A DNA stretch of 64,000 bases from an uncultured Eubacteriales bacterium. GTDB taxonomy: Bacteria; Acidobacteriota; Aminicenantia; Aminicenantales; Aminicenantaceae. Of this stretch, positions 36,941 through 45,390 are shown one piece after another (positions within the stretch are counted from its first letter, which is position 1; each line of letters begins with the position of its first letter). Where the stretch lies: the NCBI GenBank assembly GCA_964456985.1, contig CAYWDH010000001.1:17975-81974 (forward strand), written 5' to 3'. The notes beneath the pieces were generated by a model that was not told where the DNA came from, ran no database searches, and saw only the letters and a list, made by a program, of their open reading frames with translations. The position numbers and the translations under genes were made by a program.

Positions 36941-38215
36941 TTAGTATCTTTTTCGGCTTATATCAGTATCATACTTGATAATTTCCTTTATATATTCCTG
37001 TCCAGGAGGAACATCCATCATAAGACAGAAATGGTCCCACACAGCCCCGAGAGGCATGGTTTTAAGCTCTTCGAGAAGTGCCAGTCTGGAAAAATAATCA
37101 CCCCTGTTTTCCGCTTCCAAAAGCCTTTCTCTGGGCTCGAGAAGAGCTGACAGAACAGCCTTTAAAACAGCCCTGGCCCCGACGACCCATGCACCCACAC
37201 GGTTTAAACTGGCATCGAAAAAGTCAAGAGCGATGTGTACCCTATCCAGATATCCGCCCCTGACCACTTCTTCAAAAAGGTTTCGCGTGCTGTCATCCAA
37301 AACAGGGACATGGTCACTATCCCATCTGACACCGCGGCTGACATGAAGCAGAAGTCCATCCGAGAACTGAAGCAAAGCCGAAATTTTATCCCCGATGTTC
37401 TCCGTAGGATGAAAGTGCCCTGTGTCAAGGCATATCATCTTATTCTCTGTCAAAGCATACCCCAGATAGAACTCATGAGACCCGACCACATAGGATTCGC
37501 TTCCGATTCCGAAAAGCTTGCTCTCCAGAGAATCTTTAAGCTCTTTTTCCGGATATTTCTTTCTGAATATCCGATCAAGAGACTCTCTGAGCAGGTCCCT
37601 ATGCCCTTTTCTATCAACAGTAATGTCTTTAGAACCATCCGGAATCCATATATTGTGGACACAGGGGCTGTTAAGCTCTCGCCCCATAAAAGCTCCGACC
37701 TGCCGGCATCTTTTGACATGCTCTATCCAGAAGAAACGTATGTTTTTATCTTTACTGCTCAGAGTAAAACCCGAATCGGCCAGAGCATGAGAGAAACACG
37801 AGCAGTTAAAGTCCAGTTTAAGCCCTCTCTCTTGAGCCCAGTGAATCCATGCTTTGAAATGTTCGGGTTCTATCTTATCCCTGTCTATGAACGTGTCTCC
37901 GAATTCTCCGTAGATGGCATGAAGGTTCAGTCTGTGACTACCTGGTAGCAAAGAATAGACCTTTTCCAGATCTTGACGGAGCTCTTCCACTGTTCTGGCT
38001 CTTCCAGGATAACTTCCCGTAACCTGAATGCCCCCTCCCGTAAGCTGGGAACCGGGTTTTTCGAATCCGGCCACATCATCTCCCTGCCAGCAGTGAATAG
38101 AAATGGAAATGTCCTTTAATCTTTCAACAGCCTTTTCTGCATCCGAACCAATAACACTGTACTTTTCTATGGCTTCCTTGTAGGCTTTTTCACTTTTTTG
38201 AGATTTCATTATCAT
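36941..38215 (-). CDS. rhaA: L-rhamnose isomerase
   Basis: N-terminal ISISIHCWQGDDVAGFE matches the RhaA signature (MHCWQGDDVSGFE). Length 424 aa. Confidence 0.85.
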   Translation of the reverse strand: MIMKSQKSEKAYKEAIEKYSVIGSDAEKAVERLKDISISIHCWQGDDVAGFEKPGSQLTGGGIQVTGSYPGRARTVEELRQDLEKVYSLLPGSHRLNLHAIYGEFGDTFIDRDKIEPEHFKAWIHWAQERGLKLDFNCSCFSHALADSGFTLSSKDKNIRFFWIEHVKRCRQVGAFMGRELNSPCVHNIWIPDGSKDITVDRKGHRDLLRESLDRIFRKKYPEKELKDSLESKLFGIGSESYVVGSHEFYLGYALTENKMICLDTGHFHPTENIGDKISALLQFSDGLLLHVSRGVRWDSDHVPVLDDSTRNLFEEVVRGGYLDRVHIALDFFDASLNRVGAWVVGARAVLKAVLSALLEPRERLLEAENRGDYFSRLALLEELKTMPLGAVWDHFCLMMDVPPGQEYIKEIIKYDTDISRKRY

Positions 38216-38225
38216 CTCCTATAGA

Positions 38226-39725
38226 TTATACATCCTCTATCTCTTTATGGCTCTCCCTGCATATCTTTATAAAACGGTTATAATGCCTCTCCCATTCCTC
38301 ACTCCCAACAGGGTCATAAATCCGAAGGTCAAAAGAAGCAGAAATCATATCCCGCACATTCTCTATGGAATCCACCTTATCTGCGGACAGAGCCTGTATC
38401 ATTATGTTGCCTACAGCTGTAGCTTCAGCAGGCCCGGCAATAACCGGAAGGCCCAGTGCGTCAGCCGTATACTGACAGAGAACTCTGTTACGGGAACCAC
38501 CGCCTATGATGTGGACTTTGCTGATACGCCTGTCACAAAGAGAGCAAAGTTCATCAAACACATACTTGTATTTAAATGCCAGGCTTTCCAGAACACACCT
38601 CACGAACTCGGAGATAGTCTCTGGATGGGGCTGTCCGGTTTTCCGGCAGAACTCACCTATGGCTTCTGTCATATCAGCCGGCTTTAAAAACAAAGGGCAG
38701 TCAGGATCAATAAGAGAACGGAAAGGCTTCGCTGAATCCACCTTATTCATTAATTCCCCATATTCAATATTATGGTGTCCCCTCCATTTTTTTCTGCATT
38801 CTTGTAACAGCCATAGTCCTGTAATGTTCTTGGATAATCTGAACCTATGTCCGATCCCTCCTTCATTGGTGAAATTCAGTTTATAACTTTGTTCACTGAT
38901 AAGGGGGGAGTCTAATTCAATGCCCATTATGGACCAGGTACCCGAGCTTATAAAGGCCCATTCCTTTCCTTTGGCCGGCACAACAGCCACGGCCGAGGCT
39001 GTATCGTGTGTGGCTGTCAGCACCACCGGCATAGAAGACACTCCGAGTTGCTTTAACAGAGATGGTTTCAGAGGACCAAGCACCTTTCCAGCTGTTTTGA
39101 CATCCTGCATCAGGGATACAGGCACATCCAGAATCTCAAAAAGCCGCCCTTCCCACCCGTCTTCGCTGGGATTGAAAAGTTGTGACGTTGTGGCATAGGA
39201 AAACTCAGTGGCCATCTCTCCTGTGAGAAAATAATTAAAAATATCAGGCATAAAAAGGAGATTCTTGGCTTCTGTTATAATTTCAGGATTATGAGTCCTT
39301 AGAGCGTAAAGCTGAAACAAGGAATTGAACTGAAGAAACTGGATCCCAGTAAGATGATAGACCTGTCGGGGTGGTATTTTTTCTAAGAATTCTTCCATGG
39401 CTGTCTTATTGTGCTTATCCCTGTAGGCAAAAGGAAGCGAAATGAGATGGTCTATTTTATCAAATAAGCCAAAATCCACTCCCCATGTATCTATCCCAAT
39501 ACAAAGGATAGAGCTATTGCTGGCATTGGCGCCTTTCCTTATGCCCTTTTTTATCTCTTCGAAGAGATAGTAAACATCCCAATAAAGATGGCCGCCTTTA
39601 GAAATCATCCTGTTATTGAATCGATAGACCTCTCTGACTTGGATTCCATCTTTTTTCAGTGTTCCCAGAAGGGCTCTTCCGCTTTCAGCGCCTATGTCGA
39701 AAGCGAGAAAAGAATTATGACTCAT
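38226..39725 (-). CDS. rhaB: Rhamnulokinase (FGGY carbohydrate kinase)
   Basis: FLAFDIGAESGRALLG is the FGGY N-terminal ATPase motif. I place the start at the ATG at 39725, which has a GAGAGGGGAG ribosome-binding site. The GTG at 39806 would overlap the upstream gene by 92 nt. Confidence 0.8.
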   Translation of the reverse strand: MSHNSFLAFDIGAESGRALLGTLKKDGIQVREVYRFNNRMISKGGHLYWDVYYLFEEIKKGIRKGANASNSSILCIGIDTWGVDFGLFDKIDHLISLPFAYRDKHNKTAMEEFLEKIPPRQVYHLTGIQFLQFNSLFQLYALRTHNPEIITEAKNLLFMPDIFNYFLTGEMATEFSYATTSQLFNPSEDGWEGRLFEILDVPVSLMQDVKTAGKVLGPLKPSLLKQLGVSSMPVVLTATHDTASAVAVVPAKGKEWAFISSGTWSIMGIELDSPLISEQSYKLNFTNEGGIGHRFRLSKNITGLWLLQECRKKWRGHHNIEYGELMNKVDSAKPFRSLIDPDCPLFLKPADMTEAIGEFCRKTGQPHPETISEFVRCVLESLAFKYKYVFDELCSLCDRRISKVHIIGGGSRNRVLCQYTADALGLPVIAGPAEATAVGNIMIQALSADKVDSIENVRDMISASFDLRIYDPVGSEEWERHYNRFIKICRESHKEIEDV

Positions 39726-41793
39726 CTCCCCTCTCTGGTTTCTTCCATTTATATCCGGATCCATCAGAAAGTACAGAGGGAAAAGCAGATATTCGAAGCC
39801 GGGCACACCCCATAGGTATCAATGTGACAGTCTCCACAGGCTGATCTGTTTGTGCCGGGCTCTGCTGGATTTCCCCGACCAATCCTAAATCATCGAGCTG
39901 CCATTCCGGTATTTTCCTGGCCTTAAGCTTGATTTCTATAGGGGCTGAATCCGCTCTAAAAGGCTGATCATCTTCAGGCCAAGGCTGCTCCATAACCTCC
40001 ACACCTAGGGCGGGCACACCGTCTTTCAAAAGTATCCCGTAGTTCCAGTCTGAAGCCGGATAGATCTCCCAGGCCGGCCATTCGTCTGTCCCTCCATGAC
40101 GGACATATTTCTCTCCGATTTTAAGCGAATAGGTCAAAGGGCCCCGATTTATGGATACACAGTCTAGATTTTTGGTCCAATGGGTGATGCTTACATCCAT
40201 AATCAACTTAAGGTTCACTTTATCCCCGCTTTGCCACTTTCGACTGATGCATAAAAAAGTTCCCGGATTTGAACTCACATTTCGGGCTTCTCCGTTTATC
40301 TCAAGTTCAGCATTCCGGCACCACCCCGGAATCCTCAAATAAAGGGGGAAATCCACTCTTTCAGGGGTCGAAATCACAAATTCTATGTTCTCATCGAATG
40401 GATAATATGTTTTCTCCAAAACCGTTACTTTTGTTCCCTCTCCTACTTCAGCTGTGACCTCTGAAGGGGCATAGATCACCGCGCCCAATCCGTTATCATG
40501 CGTAGCAGCCCAGAGATGCTCGGTAAAATAGGGCCAACCGTGACCAGAATTGTGCTGGCAGCAGCGGTGTATATGCGGATTCATCCAGAGCATAGGCCCT
40601 CCATTCTGAAGACCGGGGGACTTGCTTTGGCTGTCTGAGAGGACCATATTAGGAGCTGTCAAGTAACGGAGCGCTTTTAGATCAGCTGTCATGGACGCCG
40701 GATATGAATTGAACGCCACATCCTCACAACGGTCCGCCCATTGAGTATCCCCAGATATCAAAAGAAGAGTCTCCTCTGAAAGCATCATCTCTACCATGCC
40801 GCAGGTCTCTACAGCCTGTCTGGGACCTGAATACCCCTCCCTGCAGTTTTCATCTCCTCCGAACATTCCACCAGGGACCTGTCCGTAGAGATCTCTGACT
40901 TTCTTCCAGTTTCTTTCAGCCGCCTTGAGCTGCTCCTTCTCCCTTGAAACCTGGTAAAATGTTGCCGGTTCTCCGAATCCCTGGGAAATGTTAACATTAT
41001 GCCAGTTGATGACATCCTCTTCCCATCTGACGGTATTGCGATGGACTTTTCGGGCAAAATCAACAAGCCATTCTTCCCCAGTGCGGTTGTACAGCCATAT
41101 CACACTGAACAGCATATCCCCTGCCCTCATTCTGGGCCAGTAACCCACTAGGAATTCCTCATCCGGAATCACGGACAGATATTTAAAATAATTTGTCATT
41201 AATGAAATGACCCGTTCATCTTTACTGCCCGTATATTCGTAATAATCCTGAAGGCAGAACAGCATGATCATATTGGGCCACAAATCTGTTCTCCCTTTGA
41301 GTTTTGTAGCCGCTCCGCCGCTTCTGAATGCCGGGCCAAACCAGCCGTCAGGCTGCTGGCTGCCCAGAGCTCCCTCGATCCATACACGAGATTCCTTTAT
41401 CATTCTCTCATCATCGAGTAAATAACCACAGTTACTGAATCCTTTAAGCCAGTAGGGTTCTTCCTCCCATCCCCTCTCCCCTTTTCCATCATGACTGAGC
41501 CATGCATTATTTTCTTTTTTAAGATATTCGCTTATTTCGTTTAGATGCCCGTGGAATCCATCCGCCTGGAGTTGAAGCTGACGCAGCAGCCATCCTTTGG
41601 GCTTGACCAGCCCCACGGGCAGCTTTATAAAGGGCGTTCGGAGTAATGGCTCCCGATTGCTTATATAATGATCATTTTTAACATCAACAGGAGGAACTCT
41701 GACCATCGAAATCTGATCCGCTTTTTTACAAAGGGCAGCCGTAAAAATAAGAAGTATGAAAACAATACCAAACGCATATCTCGTTTTTTTCAT
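39715..41793 (-). CDS. Secreted GH127/GH146-like (DUF1680) glycoside hydrolase, second paralogue
   Basis: Signal peptide. ETCGMV and RCCQHN correspond to the E/C and CC metal/catalytic positions of HypBA1-like enzymes. An RIPGWC block is present. Length 692 aa. Confidence 0.65.
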   Translation of the reverse strand: MKKTRYAFGIVFILLIFTAALCKKADQISMVRVPPVDVKNDHYISNREPLLRTPFIKLPVGLVKPKGWLLRQLQLQADGFHGHLNEISEYLKKENNAWLSHDGKGERGWEEEPYWLKGFSNCGYLLDDERMIKESRVWIEGALGSQQPDGWFGPAFRSGGAATKLKGRTDLWPNMIMLFCLQDYYEYTGSKDERVISLMTNYFKYLSVIPDEEFLVGYWPRMRAGDMLFSVIWLYNRTGEEWLVDFARKVHRNTVRWEEDVINWHNVNISQGFGEPATFYQVSREKEQLKAAERNWKKVRDLYGQVPGGMFGGDENCREGYSGPRQAVETCGMVEMMLSEETLLLISGDTQWADRCEDVAFNSYPASMTADLKALRYLTAPNMVLSDSQSKSPGLQNGGPMLWMNPHIHRCCQHNSGHGWPYFTEHLWAATHDNGLGAVIYAPSEVTAEVGEGTKVTVLEKTYYPFDENIEFVISTPERVDFPLYLRIPGWCRNAELEINGEARNVSSNPGTFLCISRKWQSGDKVNLKLIMDVSITHWTKNLDCVSINRGPLTYSLKIGEKYVRHGGTDEWPAWEIYPASDWNYGILLKDGVPALGVEVMEQPWPEDDQPFRADSAPIEIKLKARKIPEWQLDDLGLVGEIQQSPAQTDQPVETVTLIPMGCARLRISAFPSVLSDGSGYKWKKPERGDES

Positions 41794-41971
41794 ATCCTCT
41801 CCCCGGTCTATTTTTTATGCAGCATTACCATACAATTTATATCATCAAATCCATAGGAAAACAAAATTTTTCATGCAGTAAAAATCTTCAGCGAGCGCAA
41901 GCCACGCCTAAATTTCATTTCGCCTTGCCTGAAAGTAAAAAATCATTGATAATAAAAACAATCCGAATTCA

Positions 41972-43210
41972 ATGAAGCTGCTCATTACCATTATCACCAT
42001 CACCATCATTGCCCTTATCGGTTCCCGTCTTACCTTTCTTAACCGAAAGCTTCCTCTCGGTTTTAGAAACATCATATTCACCGGTACGGAGTATATATTC
42101 ATGGGAGTGTTTTTAGGCAAAATGGGACTCAATATGATCGACCCGGAGACCCTGACCAGTTTAGGGCCCTTCCTATTTTTCGGTCTCTCATGGATCGGAT
42201 TTCTCTTCGGACTACAGTTTGACCTCAAAAGCCTCAAGAATCTGCCGAGACTCTTTTTCTCCATATCAGCCATCCAAGCCTTATTTACTTTTCTCGTTGT
42301 GACTTCGGTCATTTTTTTCTCATTCAAGATATTTTCCACCCTTCCGGAGAGGACCGTGCTTATCCTTTCTTTTATTCTAGGCAGCGCTTCTGTGTGTACA
42401 GCCCAATCCGCCCTTGCTATCGTAAGCAACAACTACAGATTCGAAAACCGGAAATTGTTCTCTCTCATGCATTATATTTCAGGTATAGATGGTGTTTTTG
42501 CTCTGGCTTTTCTTGCGCTGACTTTTTTTATTTTTCCTCTTTCAGGGAGCGCTGAATTCAATTTAACAGGTTCTTTAAAGTGGCTGTTTCTGGCTCTTAC
42601 CATAGGAATAATTACGGCTTTCCTCTTTATTATCTTAAGCAATGTCAGGTTCTCTCAACAGGAATTTGTCGTATTTATTCTGGGGACTGTGTTGTTCGGC
42701 GGAGGGCTGGCCATGAAAACCAACAATTCACCTCTCCTCATAGGATTCATATGCGGATTGATAACAGCTAATCTTAGCAGACACAGACTGAGAGCTCTTG
42801 AAATCATGGTACATTCTGAAAAATCTATTTACATCATTATACTTGTGATCATTGGAGCCGGATGGAAACTTGATTTTAACTTCATTCTTATCATCACGGG
42901 ATTCTATTTCTTATCCCGACTGCTGGCAAAACTACTCGGCGTATTCGCAGCCACACGATCCTTTAAATTTGATTTTCATGTCCCATGGAATACAGGGCTT
43001 GGACTTTTATCTGAAGGGGGATTTGCCGTTGCCATTATTATCAGCTTTTCGGTCTTTTATCCTTCTTTATCGGACTATCTGGTCACTGTGGTTGTCATAT
43101 CCATGATCTTAAATGAGTTTATAAGCCCAAAGCTTATTCTTTCCCTTCTTGAAGATCCCGTCCCCATTGATTTCAGAGGCCAGCCAGACATAACTAAAAA
43201 GATCAAATGA
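41972..43210 (+). CDS. Cation:proton antiporter (CPA) family membrane protein, divergent paralogue
   Basis: 412 aa with about 11 TM helices. LGPFLFFGLSWIGFLFGLQFDLKSL resembles the CPA core. It overlaps the next CPA gene by 4 nt. Confidence 0.55.
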   Translation: MKLLITIITITIIALIGSRLTFLNRKLPLGFRNIIFTGTEYIFMGVFLGKMGLNMIDPETLTSLGPFLFFGLSWIGFLFGLQFDLKSLKNLPRLFFSISAIQALFTFLVVTSVIFFSFKIFSTLPERTVLILSFILGSASVCTAQSALAIVSNNYRFENRKLFSLMHYISGIDGVFALAFLALTFFIFPLSGSAEFNLTGSLKWLFLALTIGIITAFLFIILSNVRFSQQEFVVFILGTVLFGGGLAMKTNNSPLLIGFICGLITANLSRHRLRALEIMVHSEKSIYIIILVIIGAGWKLDFNFILIITGFYFLSRLLAKLLGVFAATRSFKFDFHVPWNTGLGLLSEGGFAVAIIISFSVFYPSLSDYLVTVVVISMILNEFISPKLILSLLEDPVPIDFRGQPDITKKIK

Positions 43211-44523
43211 CAAACAGAATATTAGGACTCATTCTCGTCATCACTACCGTGATTCTGCTCATTCACTTTGACCCGGGCGATTTCCAGAAAAAGTGCCCTG
43301 CTCTTATTCTGGGGCTCATTCTTTTGGCTGCCTACTGCTTTGGCTTTGTTTTAGAGAAAATCGGCCTCCCTCGAATCGTAGGGTATATACTGGCAGGTCT
43401 GTTTATGGGCCCTTTTTTCCTGAATTTATACTCGCTTCAAGAAGTTCACAGCCTTGCCTTTATCAACAAATTAGCCCTTGCTTTTATTGCCTTCTGTGCG
43501 GGAGGAGAGCTGCGAACATCCAATTTACGAAAAGTCCTTAAATCCATTGTCTGCTATGTATCTGGAGTAACAGTGGTGGTCTTTATCGGAACGACCCTTA
43601 TAGTGTTTTTGCTGTCCGGCGCAATACCCTTCATGAACGATTTTAGCCTGACCTTAAGGCTGGCTGTCTCAGCTCTTTTCGGAACCATTGCTGTGGCCCG
43701 TTCACCTTCCTCGGCCATTGCCATTATCAGTGAGACAAAGGCCAAAGGGCCATACACGGATATTGTTCTCAGTGTATCAGTGGCCATGGACGTCTTTATC
43801 ATTATGCTGTTTGCTGTGGTTGTCTCCTTAGCTCAAGTCTTAATTGTTGGCAAAGGCGGATTGAATTTTACCTTGATATTTTCCCTTCTTTTTCAAATCA
43901 CAATTGCTTTTCTGCTCGGTTTCTTACTGGGAAAACTCATTGTTTTTCTCATTGAAAAAGTCCATGTGGAATTTCCTGTGGTCATCATTGCTATGGGATT
44001 TATTGTGATTGAATTTTCACACCTTCTGGGAGATTATCTGCACCGGGTCTTTGATATTAATCTGGAACTGGAACCTCTTCTCATTTGTATGGCAGCCGGT
44101 TTTACTGTACAGAACTTTTCCAAACACGGAGATAATTTTTTGGAAAGAATGGACAGGATCTCTCTTCCTATCTATATCGCGTTTTTTGCCATAACCGGCG
44201 CTTCGATGAATCTGAATGTGCTCCGCACAGGGTGGCTTCTGGGATTGGTTGTGTTTTTCGTCCGCCTTATCTCAATCTATGCCGGCTCTTTTATAAGCGG
44301 CAGACTTGCAAAAAACGAGCCGAAAATATATAAAAATGTGTGGCTGGGATTTATAACTCAAGCTGGAGTCAGTTTAGGGCTGCTCACAGAAGTCGCCCGG
44401 CGTTTTCCTGAGATCGGCCCTTCTGTCCAGACCATATTGGTGGCAGCTATTATTATGAATCAGATCATAGGCCCCATCGCCTTTAAATTCGGCTTGAAAA
44501 AAGTAGGCGAGACCCATGTCTAA
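43207..44523 (+). CDS. Cation:proton antiporter (CPA, Na+/H+ or K+/H+ exchanger)
   Basis: Canonical CPA N-terminus GLPRIVGYILAGLFMGP. 438 aa with 12-13 TM helices. Confidence 0.8.
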   Translation: MTNRILGLILVITTVILLIHFDPGDFQKKCPALILGLILLAAYCFGFVLEKIGLPRIVGYILAGLFMGPFFLNLYSLQEVHSLAFINKLALAFIAFCAGGELRTSNLRKVLKSIVCYVSGVTVVVFIGTTLIVFLLSGAIPFMNDFSLTLRLAVSALFGTIAVARSPSSAIAIISETKAKGPYTDIVLSVSVAMDVFIIMLFAVVVSLAQVLIVGKGGLNFTLIFSLLFQITIAFLLGFLLGKLIVFLIEKVHVEFPVVIIAMGFIVIEFSHLLGDYLHRVFDINLELEPLLICMAAGFTVQNFSKHGDNFLERMDRISLPIYIAFFAITGASMNLNVLRTGWLLGLVVFFVRLISIYAGSFISGRLAKNEPKIYKNVWLGFITQAGVSLGLLTEVARRFPEIGPSVQTILVAAIIMNQIIGPIAFKFGLKKVGETHV

Positions 44524-44534
44524 AGGAGTCTGTA

Positions 44535-45002
44535 ATGCGTATTTCCACATATTTGGATAAAGACTGTATAAAAATACCTCTTCTCAAAGAAAAAAAACAG
44601 GAAATCATAGAGGAGCTTTTAGACCTTATAACTGATAAATACCCTGAGATTGACAAACAAGAGACCATTCAAAGACTTATTGAGCGGGAAAAAATAGAGA
44701 CAACTGCTATCGGAAACCATGTGGCGATCCCTCATGCCCGGTCTAATAAAATCCAGAAAGTATATTTTGCTTTCGGAATCACAGAACAATGCATGGACTT
44801 TGAGGCACTTGATAAAAAGCCGGTCCATCTCGTGTTTCTCCTTCTCTGCCCAGAAAAAAAGATCAACACCCAGCTCACCTTTCTGGCCAGGCTTTCCCGT
44901 ATCTTACATGATAAAAAACTCAGGAAAAAGCTAATGAAATGTAAAAACAGCCAAGATGTAATAAATGTCATCACAGAGTATGAAAACAGACATTTCAGTT
45001 GA
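44535..45002 (+). CDS. PTS EIIA type-2 (PtsN / EIIA-Ntr-like) regulatory protein
   Basis: GNHVAIPHARS holds the phosphorylatable His in the conserved xIPH block. The overall match to PtsN is about 150 aa. No other PTS components are in the window. Confidence 0.8.
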   Translation: MRISTYLDKDCIKIPLLKEKKQEIIEELLDLITDKYPEIDKQETIQRLIEREKIETTAIGNHVAIPHARSNKIQKVYFAFGITEQCMDFEALDKKPVHLVFLLLCPEKKINTQLTFLARLSRILHDKKLRKKLMKCKNSQDVINVITEYENRHFS

Positions 45003-45018
45003 GTGAAGGAAACTCAAG

Positions 45019-45348
45019 ATGAAGCTTATCATCATTTTCCTTAATAAAATCGAATACCTGGATGACCTGCTTTCCGCTTTCCTGGAAATCGGAGTTCCCG
45101 GAGCCACGATTCTCGACTCCGTGGGAATGGGCCATATTGTCAGTCATGACATCCCCATTTTTGCCGGGCTGAGGGACTTTTTCGCAGGAAGCAGCCCCAC
45201 TAATAAAACCATACTCATGGTCATAAAAAAAGACATGATCACAAAAATAGACGAAGTGTTGAGGGATGTCACCGGCTATCACAAAAAAACAGGTATCGCC
45301 AAGATGATATCTGTGCCTATTGACGGTCTTTTCGGATTTGAGAAATAA
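45019..45348 (+). CDS. PII-like (GlnB-fold, DUF190-like) small signalling protein
   Basis: 109 aa. MKLIIIFLNKIEYLDDLLSAFLEIGVPGATILDSVGMG parallels the PII beta-alpha-beta N-terminus (MKKIEAIIKPFKLDDV..L.E.G..G.T), but the canonical GlnB T-loop signature is absent. Confidence 0.55.
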   Translation: MKLIIIFLNKIEYLDDLLSAFLEIGVPGATILDSVGMGHIVSHDIPIFAGLRDFFAGSSPTNKTILMVIKKDMITKIDEVLRDVTGYHKKTGIAKMISVPIDGLFGFEK

Positions 45349-45390
45349 ATCCAACCGATCCTTTTTATCTAAAAATTCGTTGATAAAGGA

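Noticed and set aside
41908-42432. 174-aa minus-strand ORF overlapping the first CPA gene
   Set aside because: The plus-strand frame encodes a coherent polytopic CPA-like protein translationally coupled to the next gene. The minus-strand ORF has no features.
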